This document shows, piece by piece, positions 44,601 to 55,293 of a stretch of 64,000 nucleotides of DNA. The stretch is from the NCBI GenBank assembly GCA_964252035.1, contig OZ176200.1. The stretch is one strand, 5' to 3'. Source of the DNA: Podarcis erhardii (Eukaryota). Within the stretch, counting starts at the first letter, position 1. The number at the start of each line of letters is the position of its first letter. The notes beneath the pieces were generated by a model. That model did not search any database, was not told the DNA's origin, and saw only the letters and a list, made by a program, of their open reading frames with translations. A program made the translations under genes and the position numbers.

Positions 44601-47600
44601 AAAATATAAATACATTGAGGTTGCAGTCCTCTTTGCAACTACCTCGAAGTGAGTCCCATTGACTACAGTAGTATTTACTTACCAAAAAACTTATATAGAA
44701 AATGGGATATGAAGACCCTTTCCAAATATCACTAAGGACACGTCACTATATAAACACACACCTAGAACTCTGAAGAGAGAAACATGGATGGGAGAAACGA
44801 GGATTGCAGTAGAACAGTGGAGGAGTTAGCAAAGTATCAATATTCCCTGACTCTTTTCTCCAATTCAATCCAATTTTCTCCTACCCTTTAAAAGAAGGGC
44901 TCCTATCTTGAGTTTAACATCTCTATCCAGAATGAGGTGTGGCCATGCACTTCCCATCGCTTTCCCTCCTAAACTCAAAGGAACTGCGCCCTCTACTCTC
45001 ATTGGATTCTGCTGGAGCATATGGGAAGTACGGTTGATTCATTTTAAAATGTATGTCCTCCTTACAGGCTTGCAAAGGCGCTACATCTCCATTATAGGGG
45101 CACAGAAGAGCTGCTCATCCCCTTTGACAATTCCTGCCATAGACCCAGTGCCTCCGTTCAATTGTGGGTTCAAGGGAATTGCCCAAATGTTTACAGGTAT
45201 TATAGTGACAGAAGTGGGCAAGCAACATTACCAATTTCTCCTTTTGGTCCAGGCAATCCTGCACCTGAAAACAACAACAGCATGTCAAAAATGTTAAATA
45301 TTGATCCCCATCCCCCTCCACTCCTTGAAGATTTGAGATTTCATGTTCTTTGCTTGTCCTTTGGTCCTGGCTCTCCTTGGCTTCCTCTTAAGCTGATGCC
45401 TCCTTTCTCACCTTTACTTCCTGAAAGATGTCCAGAACATGTGTGTGTTGCAACTCGAATACAATGCACTTATTGCAAATGGCTGAAGCTCCTACCTTAC
45501 CTTTCCTCACTTAAAGTCACATATTAGCCACATAATTTTATGGGGTTCACATTGAACCCTGTTTGCCTGCCTTCCTGCCTGCCTGCCTGCCTGTTATTTC
45601 ATTTTATTGAAGATGTAAATTTTCACTCATCAAGATGTGACATCAAATATATTTCTGCATCTTTCGGTGGTCCCATTCAGGCACCACAATCTTAACACAA
45701 GATTGTACAGTAGAAAAAAATGAGCCATGTGCTCATTCCTAGCCTGGTTTGGATTTCATAATCTGGTTTGGAAGTTCCAGTTACAGATAGGTAGCCGTGT
45801 TGGTCTGCCATGGTCAAAACAAAATAAAAAAATTCCTTCCAGTAGCACCTTAAAGACCAACTGAGTTAGTTCTAGGTATGAGCTTTCGTGTGCATGCACA
45901 CTTCTTCAGATACACTGAACTAACTCAGTTGGTCTTTAAGGTGCTACTGGAAGGAATTTTTTTATTTTGGTTTGGAAGTTGTCCTTAAACCAGAGTTTCC
46001 TGGTTTGAATGTCACATGAAACTGTGTTGTGCATATGAATTTGCAATCCTATTGGGTACTTGTTTCTGTGTTGGTGAATGCCGAATTTAGTTACTCTCAT
46101 AGCAGTTGCTTTTGTGGTTTGTAAATTTTATGATTGTAATTGCACATTCTGTTTATGTTATTTGTCATATATTTGTCTGAGAGTAAATAATAAAATATGA
46201 AAATAAAATAAATGAGAGCAATCAAATAGGGCTGTTGGGTCATCTGCAGCTGCTTCATAGGACTTGGGCAAGAGCTGTAGATGGAGAGATTCAAAACTAT
46301 CCGTTTCCACCCACCTGGAGGTCCCGGAGGCCCTTGAAGTGCACGGCTTTCCAGTTGTTCTGAAACAGATATTGATAGCTACTAGAAATCTCCTACCAAT
46401 GGCGGAAGAAGTCTACAGTTAAAATGTAACCTTTAATCTCGTGAGATGACCACTTTTTCTTCAAAAAGAACAAACTCTAGGCAGAATTCCACCAGCTCAT
46501 TAGTTTCAGTGAAAACTGTAGCAAAAGAGGACAATTGTTTTAATGGGGAGTCCAAAAAATGTTTTCCCCTCCCCCAAATTTACTCTGATCATGCTTGTCC
46601 TCAGGATGCTGTACAGGCTTAGAGTAAGTGAGCTGGACTTTCTCATGAAACTGCTTAATGCTGCAGTTCATACCTTGGACAGTAGCAGGCTATTGTTATT
46701 GACAAGCTCAGCTTTAGAAACGGGACTGGGCTCCTGACAATGGGCTGGGCTGCATCAGAGCACTGCTCTTTCTTTGTTTCAGCATACATACCTTCACTGT
46801 GAAGCCAGAGAGCCATGCAGTGCAAAGGTACCATTTGGAGAAAGCTTCAGCTTTATTGAATGAGAAGTTAATGCATTTCTCTTCACTACAAATTGTCTTA
46901 GAGAGACTGGCTCCTTTCTCCAAGAGGCTCAAACACCGATTATAGATTGCATTAATGACTTATTCAATAAGACGGAAGGCCTAATTGCCAGCCAAGGCAG
47001 TAGCTCCTGTAATGGACTCAATAACCACTGGTGATTAGTTTTATTGGCTTTACCTTCCCATTGTGTGTGTGTATATACTGTTTCCTCACATCTTGATTCC
47101 TCCTCTCTTTCCCTTCCCTTGCTTTTTTGTTAAAAAAACCAACACCCTATCTTTTGTGTAGTTCATGTGAAACATGTAAGATTGGATGGGAAGGTTACTG
47201 AAATGCCTATTCACACATTAACTGCCCCCCAAAATGATGTCCAGCCAAGGAGAAGCAAGAAAATACCTGTAAAATTGGTCATTCTCCATTGTAAATGTTG
47301 GTTGCTTAGTTTGATTATGTGAATTTCTTCCTTTAGATTTCTGATCCAATTGTCTCCTTGTCTTTGTGAGCTTGCCTCCATTTGCTCAATATCATTGGCA
47401 AGCATGCTGTCATTGACAAAATAGCTTGCCAGTTTTTCTGCTAAAGGTAAGTTGACTTTGTTCTTTTCCAAGTCTTTGTTCATCTCATAGACTGAAAGTA
47501 GAGGAGAAGAAATCATGACATAGGTAAAGTACAATGTTTTGTGTTATGTACTGAGCTTGGATCCTAGAACAATAGGCAAGTAGGATCCTAGAAGGCAGCA

Positions 47601-50600
47601 TCCAGATTAGTCTGCAGGAGCCGCCCAATCCGGCTCCAGGAGGAAGTGAATCATGTGCATTGCCTCTTTCTTAACAGCTGCCAATCAAATGTTAACCTTC
47701 TACACTCATTTTGTTATTTTCCCAATATGGTAATGCAATACTAAGACTGCAGCCCAATCGCCAAGGAACATACTGCTAAGCAGACATGTATAGGATTGCA
47801 TTTTAAAGTGAAGAACTTCCCCCTTTATCCAAATCTAAGAGTCACAAGGTCTTCTCAAGAGCCAGGTTTTAGTGCAGCAAATGTGCAACGGGAAAGGGCC
47901 ATAACTCAGAGGCAGAACCCCTGTCCTGTATGCAGAATGTCCCAGGCTCCATCTCCTGGTAGGGTTGGGAATGTTCCCTGTCTTAAACCCTGGAGACCAG
48001 TTGCACGTCAGGGTAGACAATACTGAGCAAGAATGTTCTGACTCGTTATAAGTCAGGTTCCTATGTGTCTAGATGTATTTTCTAGTGATTGCAAAGATAC
48101 TACATTTTGTGAGCCTCGGTGTCATAGTGTTTTGTACCTGGGAGAATGTGGTTCCACCCCACTCTCCAGCAGCACATCTATTATTGTTACTACTGTCATG
48201 TAAAATATGGTTGTGCAACTGTTTGCCTATTGCTTATAGTGTGAACGATGACGGACGGCACAAATTCCCCCACTTCTTGTGTCCACACAGTAGTAGGGCT
48301 AGCACACCACAACAAGGCCACTTCCCCTTCCTTAATCCATTTGCTATTGACTGGCTATGACTTCATTAACTTAGGAGGGGGCGATCATGCAAAAGCTATA
48401 ACGTAGTTGGGGGCAGGTATTCTCTGATTGTTCAGACCTATAAAATAACCAGATAGTGGCAGCCCAAAGCCACTTGTTCCACAGCTGGGGCCAAGTGCAT
48501 CCCTTGAGGAACAGAGCATCCAGTGATGGATTCCATCTGTGCTCTATCCAGAACCATGGACAGAACTTGCATAGCACCCCATGCACAATGCTTTCGGACC
48601 ATGAATCACCTCACACACTCTGGCCCACTGCAGTGCAAAGGTAACATTTGAAGGTCAACAATCTTGTGGTCAGATTTGGCAATTTGGTTGTCTCTCTCTC
48701 ACACACACACACCAGCATTTTCAGTTCCCTCAAGTACCAGATGCTGGCATGGTAGAAAACCACATGGTCACCCCCATCACACACATGATAGATTTGTTCC
48801 ACACATTTACCCACAGCAATATTGGAGCAGCCACATTGCTGTTGCAAGCGACGGATACTCCAGGCCTCAGCCGTGAGGCATTAAGTGGTAAGGAATCAAA
48901 TGAAGCACATGCAGCTGGGGCTGGCTCTTGTTTGTGTGGCTTTATGGACATTTACAATGTCCCCGAGGTAAGCAGCCTTCAACCTTTTGAGTCCCGTGAC
49001 CCAACTTTAACCTCAACCCACAGTATGGGGTCCTCTTTGACTATTTTACCATATACGGCAAGACAGGCATGTTCTGTTCATCATCATTTTTACTCCTTGC
49101 TCCTTTCTCCCTCTTCCCCATGTTCTTTTCTCTCTCGCCCTCTTTCTATTTCAAAAAAGTCAAGCAAAAAGAAAGAAAAATTGGTGATATCACTACCATG
49201 ACACACTTTATACCCAGAACTGGTCACAGAAGCCACCAGTTCAAGACCAGTGCCTAATGCCATTTGGATGAATAGGCTTGTACAATATTGTAATTCCTAA
49301 TTACCCCAGCAGTATATTCTGAACAGCTCTGCATTAGAATGAAGAAGTCACTAGCAACCTGTAGGATAAGAAGCACTTGAAAGCACTTCTACCCAATCTG
49401 TCACCAGGGTCCTCAAGATGACAAATTTGTCTAACGTGAGGCTGGATGGGAGAACATCTGAGGAAATAGCGTGGGAGGCAAAAGGTCTGAGGGTTATTTA
49501 CTCGCATGTACGGAATTTGGCCTCTGTGAATTGAGCAGCCTTTGTGTTTGTTTTTCACAAACACGTTACATGCTTGGGACTTTTAGAGTTGTAATACAGT
49601 GGTGCCCCGCAAGACGAACGCCTCGGAAGACGAAAAACTCGCTAGACGAAGGAGTTTTTCGTTTTCTTAGCCGCTTCGCAAGACGCATCTCCCTATGGGC
49701 TTGCTTTGCAAAAGAAGCTTGTCCCGCAAGCTCCGGGGATAGCGGGGAAGCGCAGCGTGTCTTCCCCGCTGTCCCCAGACCTCTTTTGAAGCAAGGGGCG
49801 GCGGGGAGAAGATCGCTTCTCCCCGTTGCCAGCCCCGCAATCTCCGGGGACAGAGGGGAAGGCGCGCACCTTCCCCTCTGTCCCCGGACCTGGTAAAAGC
49901 AAGGGGCGGCGGGGAGAAGAATGCTTCCCCTCTGTCCCCGGAGATTGCGGGGCAGGCAACGGGGAGAAGCAATCTTCTCCCCGCCACCCCTTGCTTTAAA
50001 CAGGTCCGGGGACAGAGGGGAAGGCGCACGCCTTCCCCTTTGTCCCCGGACGGTCTCCATAGGAACGCATTGATTGATTTTCAATGCATTCCTATGGGAA
50101 ACCGTGCTTCGCAAGACAAAAAACTCGCAAGAAGAAAAAACTTGCGGAACAAATTAATTTCGTCTTGCGGGGCACCACTGTATATTGTTACAGATCTGGG
50201 GTAACAAGAGTTTGCGGTTGGAAGGGAACCCATAACTGCTAGAGTTAGTGAATGTTAGAAATTAATTAAGGGGTAAGAATTAGTTGGTTTATGAAGTATT
50301 GAAGGGAAGATGCAGGCCAGTGGAAAAATACAAGGTAAGCTCCCTTTCTAGGCCAGGGCCTCATCTGGGATGGAAGCCATTAAGCATGACAAAAGGTGTT
50401 GATGGGTCTTTGTCAACCGATCACATAGGATACAGGGAAATCATCACCTTTTAAAACTAGGCTTGGAACAGCAGGGAAAGGGGGATGAGTTGCTTGGCAA
50501 GAGGTTTTCTGGGAAGGAGAAGCAGGAGGTGGGGACAACTCTATGTTGGGGAGGGAGCTGAAAGGCCATAGGGGCTGGCTGGAGACAAGCTGGGGCAGAG

Positions 50601-52373
50601 GCACAGAGGTGGTGCTTAGAAAGCCTCTGGATGCAATGCCCAGCTGCTGTGAAGGACAAGCCCTTCTTGGGATGTGAATGCTGTTAACTCTGCACTCCAT
50701 CCACCTGTACCCTTGTTGTAAATATGTATTAATAAACTGTATCTCTTAAAGACATGACAGTCTCCACTGTGTTTTGATTCCCAGTGGAAACATGACTCTG
50801 GGTGAGTGCCTGGAACCCCCTGGAATCTTGCTGCCACGGCAGAGATTGGGGGTGGCTTGCAACCCTTGTAGCAACTCTTTTGTGTGTGTGTTTGTGTTTT
50901 ATACTGCCATTCTTTCTGAGTTTTTAAAGGTTTGACTAAAACTCTTTTTAAAAATGAGAACACACATTTTAGGTCTTCAGCAAATGATGCAGCTTTCATC
51001 CCCATCTAACCTCTTGTCCTGGTGGTTGTTTCCTTTCTGGAAACAAATTTACTTATTGGATATTTAAAATATAACCAGTGCACAATCTTTTATCTTTAGA
51101 TTCAGGACAGGAAATAGCTTTTAAAATCAATTACCTTTATAGGCCAACAGTCCGAAGCCTGCAGTGAGCAGAATCAGGTATATTGTAACCAGAGCCGAAA
51201 TGTACCTTTTGCAAGTCTTTTTCTGGCCTTTGGGTTCTAAAGTTTTGGAGAGGAAAGAACACACTAAGAATTGATATTCCATCCTTTTGGCTTGCAAACA
51301 AGTGACCAATGTGCTGTGTTACTGTTTAAGGCTGCAGCCCTACGCACAAGTACTGAGAGTTAAAATCAATGACTTGCTTCTGAATAAATAGGGATCCTAT
51401 CAAGCTGCATGGCTGAAGCTGACAGTGAATTCATGCAGAAGCAGGCTGTGATATAGTACTTTTTAATAACTTTGTTCAACTTGGTTGTATTTCCAGACAA
51501 ACTTTCCATTTGCTGGGTTCTCAGAACGGCAAATAGGGCTGTGCAGAGTGAAAAGCATGTTTCACTGAATGTTTAGCTAATGTTTACACCCAAACAAAAA
51601 AACCATTGTGTGAACTCAAGTCCTTCGCCTCTTTCCCTTTGCTGGTCACAGAAATACAACAAAGGCAACTAAAAGCTTGTTTTGTGGAAGCATCCATCTT
51701 CATATAGCCTTCATTGTATATTCTGAAATGTAAGACAAATTAATTCTTCTTTTAAAGCACAGTGAAACATCTGCTTGTAGGCAGGCATACCCCAGTATAA
51801 AATATATACACAGCTTGTGTCAGTTGGCATGCTGTGTAATCACATTTAACTTGACACTTTTTTTAGTGAAATATTCAGAAATAGCATAAGTGTGATTTTT
51901 GTGTGTTATGCTGTGGGGAAGGGCGGATTAAAATACGTGTATGCTATTCTTAACTAATGTGAAGCACATAGACATTAATAAAGTGAGTAGTGGTCCCTAG
52001 GAATCCTCTAACCTCACTTACCTGGAAGTAAGGGCTACTGAATTCAATAGGGCTTACTGAGTATACATGGTTAGGGTTGTGCTGTTAAACCATTCAGTGC
52101 CATATTCTGCTAAATTTGTCAATGGCACAAATTTGAATAAGACAATGGTTTTAATGCAATTGAATCCCAATTAAACCTTTAAAAAGAAAAGCACCTTTGA
52201 ACACTAGTAAAATGCCTTGAGATATTGTGCTTTTAAAAGTCTCTATCATTATGAAACAGTGAAAATACTTTACCATCTATTTCAAAGGGTGTAAATCCAG
52301 ATGCTGAAAACTTCATCTTGTCCGAAAATGTAAAGGATCCAGTATCTTTGTCACTTCCAGCAAGGTTGTCCAT
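29495..52373 (-). CDS. MARCO: MARCO (macrophage receptor with collagenous structure), 17 coding exons, 1506 nt, ~501 aa
   Basis: Type II TM exon [15 protein letters not shown], 225-bp spacer exon, phase-1 Gly-X-Y exons, two-exon SRCR with RRGR and WGTICDD...DAGVEC; all exons join in frame. Confidence 0.95.
29947..30021 (-). mobile_element. Bov-B 3' tail fragment
   Basis: Matches the tail of the 15768 copy. Confidence 0.7.
30184..30594 (+). mobile_element. Solo LTR-like element in last MARCO intron
   Basis: Starts TGTCAGGG, ends ...CACA; possible TSD GAAGC/GCAGC; CpG-rich; 64-aa Arg-rich ORF 30299-30493. Confidence 0.5.
31224..31397 (-). CDS. MARCO: MARCO SRCR exon 1
   Basis: 174 bp; [14 protein letters not shown]...WGTICDD...VICRMLG. 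Confidence 0.95.
32276..32667 (-). mobile_element. Sauria SINE (different subfamily), MARCO intron
   Basis: ACCTTT tail, conserved body, 14-bp TSD TCCATATGTACAAT. Confidence 0.9.
32747..32791 (-). CDS. MARCO: MARCO last collagen exon ([15 protein letters not shown]), GC donor
   Basis: 45 bp; donor CAG/GCAAGT; resembles human GSSGEQGVKGEKGER. Confidence 0.88.
33271..33378 (-). CDS. MARCO: MARCO collagen exon (GSKGMP...GIQGYT)
   Basis: 108 bp, 12 triplets, AG/GT. Confidence 0.93.
34146..34358. other. Assembly gap (213 N) in MARCO intron
   Basis: N run; could hide a small exon. Confidence 0.99.
34359..34684 (-). mobile_element. L2-type LINE 3' fragment next to gap
   Basis: Shares 3' sequence (CCCAGCCACTCTG...CTTCAGATGTCTTCTAAAAG) with 19818-19982. 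Confidence 0.6.
34754..34798 (-). CDS. MARCO: MARCO collagen exon ([15 protein letters not shown])
   Basis: 45 bp, TAG/ ... G/GTAAGG. Confidence 0.92.
36034..36087 (-). CDS. MARCO: MARCO collagen exon ([18 protein letters not shown])
   Basis: 54 bp, AG/GT. Confidence 0.92.
36173..36265 (-). CDS. MARCO: MARCO collagen exon ([12 protein letters not shown]...GEASTFP)
   Basis: 93 bp with AAG acceptor (or 84 bp from CAG at 36257), donor CAG/GTATAC; contains helix interruptions. Confidence 0.85.
36371..36556 (+). mobile_element. tRNA-derived SINE (Squam3-like), diverged
   Basis: GGTTCGATCCC B box, body and tail like 1241 copy. Confidence 0.65.
37280..37612 (-). mobile_element. Sauria SINE, MARCO intron
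   Basis: Close to the 6711 copy with an internal deletion; 12-bp TSD TAAACATGTATA. Confidence 0.92.
37840..37875 (-). CDS. MARCO: MARCO collagen exon ([12 protein letters not shown])
   Basis: 36 bp, TTTCAG/ ... G/GTATAT. Confidence 0.88.
38682..38789 (-). CDS. MARCO: MARCO collagen exon (GLPGLQ...GERGLP)
   Basis: 108 bp, 12 triplets, G/GTGAGT. Confidence 0.93.
39394..39540. mobile_element. hAT-type MITE containing TTAGGG motifs
   Basis: TIR CAGTGGCGTAGC; perfect 8-bp TSD GCGATAGT. Confidence 0.9.
41761..41868 (-). CDS. MARCO: MARCO collagen exon (GLNGLD...GDRGPQ)
   Basis: 108 bp, 12 Gly-X-Y triplets, G/GTAAGA. Confidence 0.93.
41976..42207. mobile_element. Related Tc1/pogo-type MITE
   Basis: Degenerate TIR CRGTGGTACCTTGGTT / AACCAAGGTTCCACTG-TA. 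Confidence 0.75.
42959..43306. mobile_element. hAT-type MITE
   Basis: Imperfect TIR CAGcGG.../...CCCCTG; 8-bp TSD CATTCTAC. Confidence 0.75.
43754..43798 (-). CDS. MARCO: MARCO collagen exon ([15 protein letters not shown])
   Basis: 45 bp, CAG/ ... G/GTAAGG. Confidence 0.92.
43975..44465 (+). mobile_element. L1-like LINE fragments (endonuclease remnant plus A-rich 3' end)
   Basis: LSDHNAI...WRLN resembles L1/Tx1 APE endonuclease C-terminus; AATAAA A-rich end. Confidence 0.6.
44545..44598 (-). CDS. MARCO: MARCO collagen exon ([18 protein letters not shown])
   Basis: 54 bp, AG/GT, phase 1-1. Confidence 0.92.
45232..45264 (-). CDS. MARCO: MARCO collagen exon ([11 protein letters not shown]; alternative acceptor at 45258 gives 27 bp)
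   Basis: TTTTCAG/GTGCAG/GA tandem acceptors, donor G/GTAATG. Confidence 0.82.
45341..45420 (-). pseudogene. Decayed extra MARCO collagen exon ([21 protein letters not shown]...)
   Basis: Good acceptor CTTTCAG and Gly-X-Y codons, but Gly-to-Ser change, apparent 1-nt loss, no terminal donor, in-frame TGA at 45341-45343. Confidence 0.65.
45781..45972. mobile_element. Penelope-like element terminus with ~50-bp inverted arms
   Basis: TTCCTTCCAGTAGCACCTTAAAGACCAAC and its reverse complement. Confidence 0.6.
46315..46359 (-). CDS. MARCO: MARCO exon 4 ([15 protein letters not shown])
   Basis: 45 bp, CAG/ ... G/GTGGGT; start of collagen domain. Confidence 0.85.
47267..47491 (-). CDS. MARCO: MARCO exon 3 (spacer/coiled region)
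   Basis: 225 bp, CAG/ ... G/GTATTT; YFVNDS and MTNFT sequons resemble mammalian YFLNDT and DNFT. Confidence 0.92.
47896..48069 (+). mobile_element. tRNA-derived SINE (Squam3-like), diverged
   Basis: Same body (AAACCCTGGAGA...GTAGACAATACTGAG) and tail. Confidence 0.65.
49597..50180. mobile_element. Tc1/pogo-type MITE with nested palindromic interior
   Basis: TIR CAGTGGTGCCCCGCAAGACGAA, TA TSDs, GC-rich hairpin array. Confidence 0.9.
50186..50862 (+). mobile_element. Possible solo LTR
   Basis: TGTTAC start, purine-rich body, TGTAAATATGTATTAATAAA poly(A)-like motif; boundaries and TSD not confirmed. Confidence 0.35.
51135..51236 (-). CDS. MARCO: MARCO exon 2 (transmembrane)
   Basis: 102 bp, TAG/ ... 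G/GTAATT; EPK...[22 protein letters not shown]. Confidence 0.93.
52274..52373 (-). CDS. MARCO: MARCO exon 1 coding part (MDNLAGSDK...FTPFEID)
   Basis: ATC-ATG-G Kozak, PFEI motif like human MEPFEIN, donor G/GTAAAG. Confidence 0.85.
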
Positions 52374-52439
52374 GATCAAATTTTGACAGCCACACTACAA
52401 TCTTGCCAGGATAACCTTAGGCACTGAAGAAGGAGAGGT

Positions 52440-52600
52440 TTCTGAGCTTTATCTGCTGGGAATGTGTGCTATTAAGCAAACCTTTTCTGTTGGCTTCGGG
52501 TTATTTTGTACTAGACTTGCAAAAAACAAAACAAAACAAAACAAAAAAACACCCAGCAACTTTCTGATGTGGCCTCTTCAGCACTTCCTCCAAAACTTCT
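52440..52600 (-). promoter_or_regulatory. Candidate MARCO proximal promoter with PU.1/ETS-like GGAGGAAGTG (52581-52591)
   Basis: Motif ~210 bp upstream of ATG, consistent with a macrophage gene; TSS not determined. Confidence 0.35.
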
Positions 52601-52734
52601 AAGGAGGTTGGTCAATGCATGTCTTAATACAGAAAGTAAAAAAGATGTGCGTTAAAAATGACGATGATGTGAATTTGATTTTTCAGTGTGAATAGCATTT
52701 TATAAAACTTTCAGGTAACAAATGCATTATTCCA

Positions 52735-53096
52735 GATCGAAGTAGGTAGCCGCGTTGGNNNNNNNNNNNNNNNNNNNNNNNNNNNNNNNNNNNNNNNNNN
52801 NNNNNNNNNNNNNNNNNNNNNNNNNNNNNNNNNNNNNNNNNNNNNNNNNNNNNNNNNNNNNNNNNNNNNNNNNNNNNNNNNNNNNNNNNNNNNNNNNNNN
52901 NNNNNNNNNNNNNNNNNNNNNNNNNNNNNNNNNNNNNNNNNNNNNNNNNNNNNTTGTCCAGTAGCAGTTTAGAAACCAAGTTTGTTCTGGGTATAAGCTT
53001 TCGTGTGCATGCACACTTCTTCAGATACACAGTGTGCATGCACATGAAATCTTATACCCAGAACAAACTTAGTTGGTCTTTAAGGTGCTACTGGAC
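52735..53096. mobile_element. Penelope-like element with inverted arms, spanning a gap
   Basis: Same family sequence on both sides of N-run. Confidence 0.55.
52759..52953. other. Assembly gap (195 N)
   Basis: N run inside inverted-repeat element. Confidence 0.99.
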
Positions 53097-53509
53097 AATT
53101 TATATATCATATTTCAAAAGGCATTATTGTTGGAATGGCCTAACTTGCAGGTTTCACATAATTAATGTAGCATAACAGAGACTTTGCAGACAGGCTGGTA
53201 TTTATGCTCCCTCTGGATCAGCCCACCTACCCTTTGAACTAATAGTAAAATACTATTAGTTGAAATTAGCATAAATAAATAAATAAATGGGCTTTGTTTG
53301 GGGCAGGCAAAAACTTTCAGGGTGCAAAACTAGGCCATACCTCCCCCACCCCCAACTTGAGGCTCCCCATTTATGTGAAGGGATCTCCACATGTAGAAGA
53401 GGGAGCTGAGGGGGGAGCTGCACTGTTGTGCCTGCTTCACCCCCACCCCCACCCCCACCCCCACCCCCACCCCCACCCTCCATGCATTTTGTGTGGCAGC
53501 CTGCTTGCC

Positions 53510-53826
53510 CAGGGCTGGATTTAGGTTTGATGAGGCCCTAAGCTACTGAAGGTAATGGGGCCCTTCATATGTCCAGCTGTCCTTTGTCAACAACAAATTG
53601 TCGCTGTTTTTTTGTGTTGAATATATGGTATTTATGGACCTAATAGGTATCTAAAGCCATTTGCACATAACAAAATATGTATTTTATCAAAGTTAATTGT
53701 TGAACTGAAATACAATTGGAAATGTACACCCAGTTTTTTCCCCTTTAAATTTTTTTGGGGCCCCCAAGAGAGTGGGGCCCTAACCTATACCTTAGCTTGT
53801 TTGGCTTATACGTAAATCTGGCACTG
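53510..53826. mobile_element. hAT-type non-autonomous element
   Basis: TIR CAGGGCTGGATT / AATCTGGCACTG; TSD TGCTTGCC vs TGCCTGCC (7/8). Confidence 0.75.
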
Positions 53827-55250
53827 TGCCTGCCCCTTTCTATACTTAGAACCGCATTCATGTAACTAATGTGTGAAAGATTTTAGTACTCAATGGCTAG
53901 AGCAAAAGGTTACTCTCAGACAATGATCCATTTCTTGTAAAATGACTGAGCTGATGATAGAATTGGTGAGGATTTGAAAGAACGGAATCATGGGACTGGG
54001 CTTCTCACATAGCCCATAATTGAAAACGTATCCTTTACTTCTGAATTTGTGACATTACCTCCAAATTTCAGGGTGTGCCAAACTAGCCCCACAGCACTTA
54101 ATGAAGACTGTGAACTAACAACAGCTTACACAGCTGATTTAGCATTTTAGTGCTAAAGCAGAAGGGGAGAAAGAGGTACCAGCTAGCATCATCCGTTTGT
54201 GCTATAGACATTCTTTGGGGAATTTCTGTACAACTGTGGGGAATTCTGCAACCTTTTTACCTCCTTGTCTCATCCTATAAATGGCACAAGAAGACTAAAC
54301 CTCTGCAAAATAGTAAAAATTTGCAGAACCAGTTATTCAAAATAAGAATTCATACCAAAATTGTATAGGTCATATGGGCCAACTTTTCCTGCCACTGAAA
54401 CTGGACTAGCTTCCTATGGAATTTTTATATTTTTCCTCCATTATTATTTTTTAAATGCAGCCCACATTCAACTCTTCCTGAAGGCCAAAGCTCTACGAGG
54501 CAGAAGGTTCCCTGCTCTGATTTCTCTTTTTCCATGGGGGCATTTGGCAGGGCTCCCCAAGTCAAACCAGATTGCTTTCAACCTCTGCTGTCTGATACCT
54601 CTGCCTATTATTTCTGATGGAGTTCAGGTAATTGTGTCCATGTTGCCTTTTGTAATTTGGTGTCCTGGCAGCAACAGATGTTGCTCCCCTAATAAGTACC
54701 ACCTTGCCTGATTTCTCTTCCTCTCTGCGGCTCTAACAGATTAGTTTCTGAACATTTCGACCAATACTGCTCTAAATTAATTGCTTAACTAACTAATGAC
54801 AATTAGAAGAGGGCCTTTGGAGAATAAACCAAATCAATCAGTTCCACAGAGGAGAAGGCTGATCAAACCTGGCTGTTATGTGGACAGTGATGGAGAAATG
54901 CAATAAGAAAGTGATTTGTGGAAGCCCCTTTCCTCATCCCGCGCCACAACCCTTCCTGCCACTTCCCCATTTTTCAAGCGAGCTTTGCAGAATTTAACAA
55001 AGTGGATTTTGAATGAAACCCAATGAAAAGCAGCACAACAGGAGGTCTCACTGCCATAGAAAACAATGAAAGCAATGCAGAAACCCAGCTGGTACCCTGG
55101 GCACTGGAGCTGACTCTGGATTCTATTAAAAAAAAAGCAGCAACATGTATTTTAATTAATTAACTGTTGTTTTATGTAAATTGTGCTATTTTTGCTGCTG
55201 TTAGCCGCTCTGAGCCCCACTTTGGCTGGGGAGGGTGGGATATAAATAAA

Positions 55251-55253
<3 letters not shown>

Positions 55254-55292
<39 letters not shown>
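55254..55292 (+). repeat. (TAT)n microsatellite, SINE/L2 tail
   Basis: Direct reading. Confidence 0.9.

Positions 55293-55293
<1 letters not shown>

Noticed and set aside
46714-46932. Possible extra MARCO spacer exon, with a 25-bp near-copy (23/25) at 48629-48653 vs 46816-46840
   Set aside because: No frame with compatible splice sites; the true spacer exon is 47267-47491 and joins exon 4 in frame. The shared 25-mer is probably an old repeat fragment
49471-50114. Several overlapping 90-180-aa ORFs
   Set aside because: By-product of the GC-rich palindromic MITE interior
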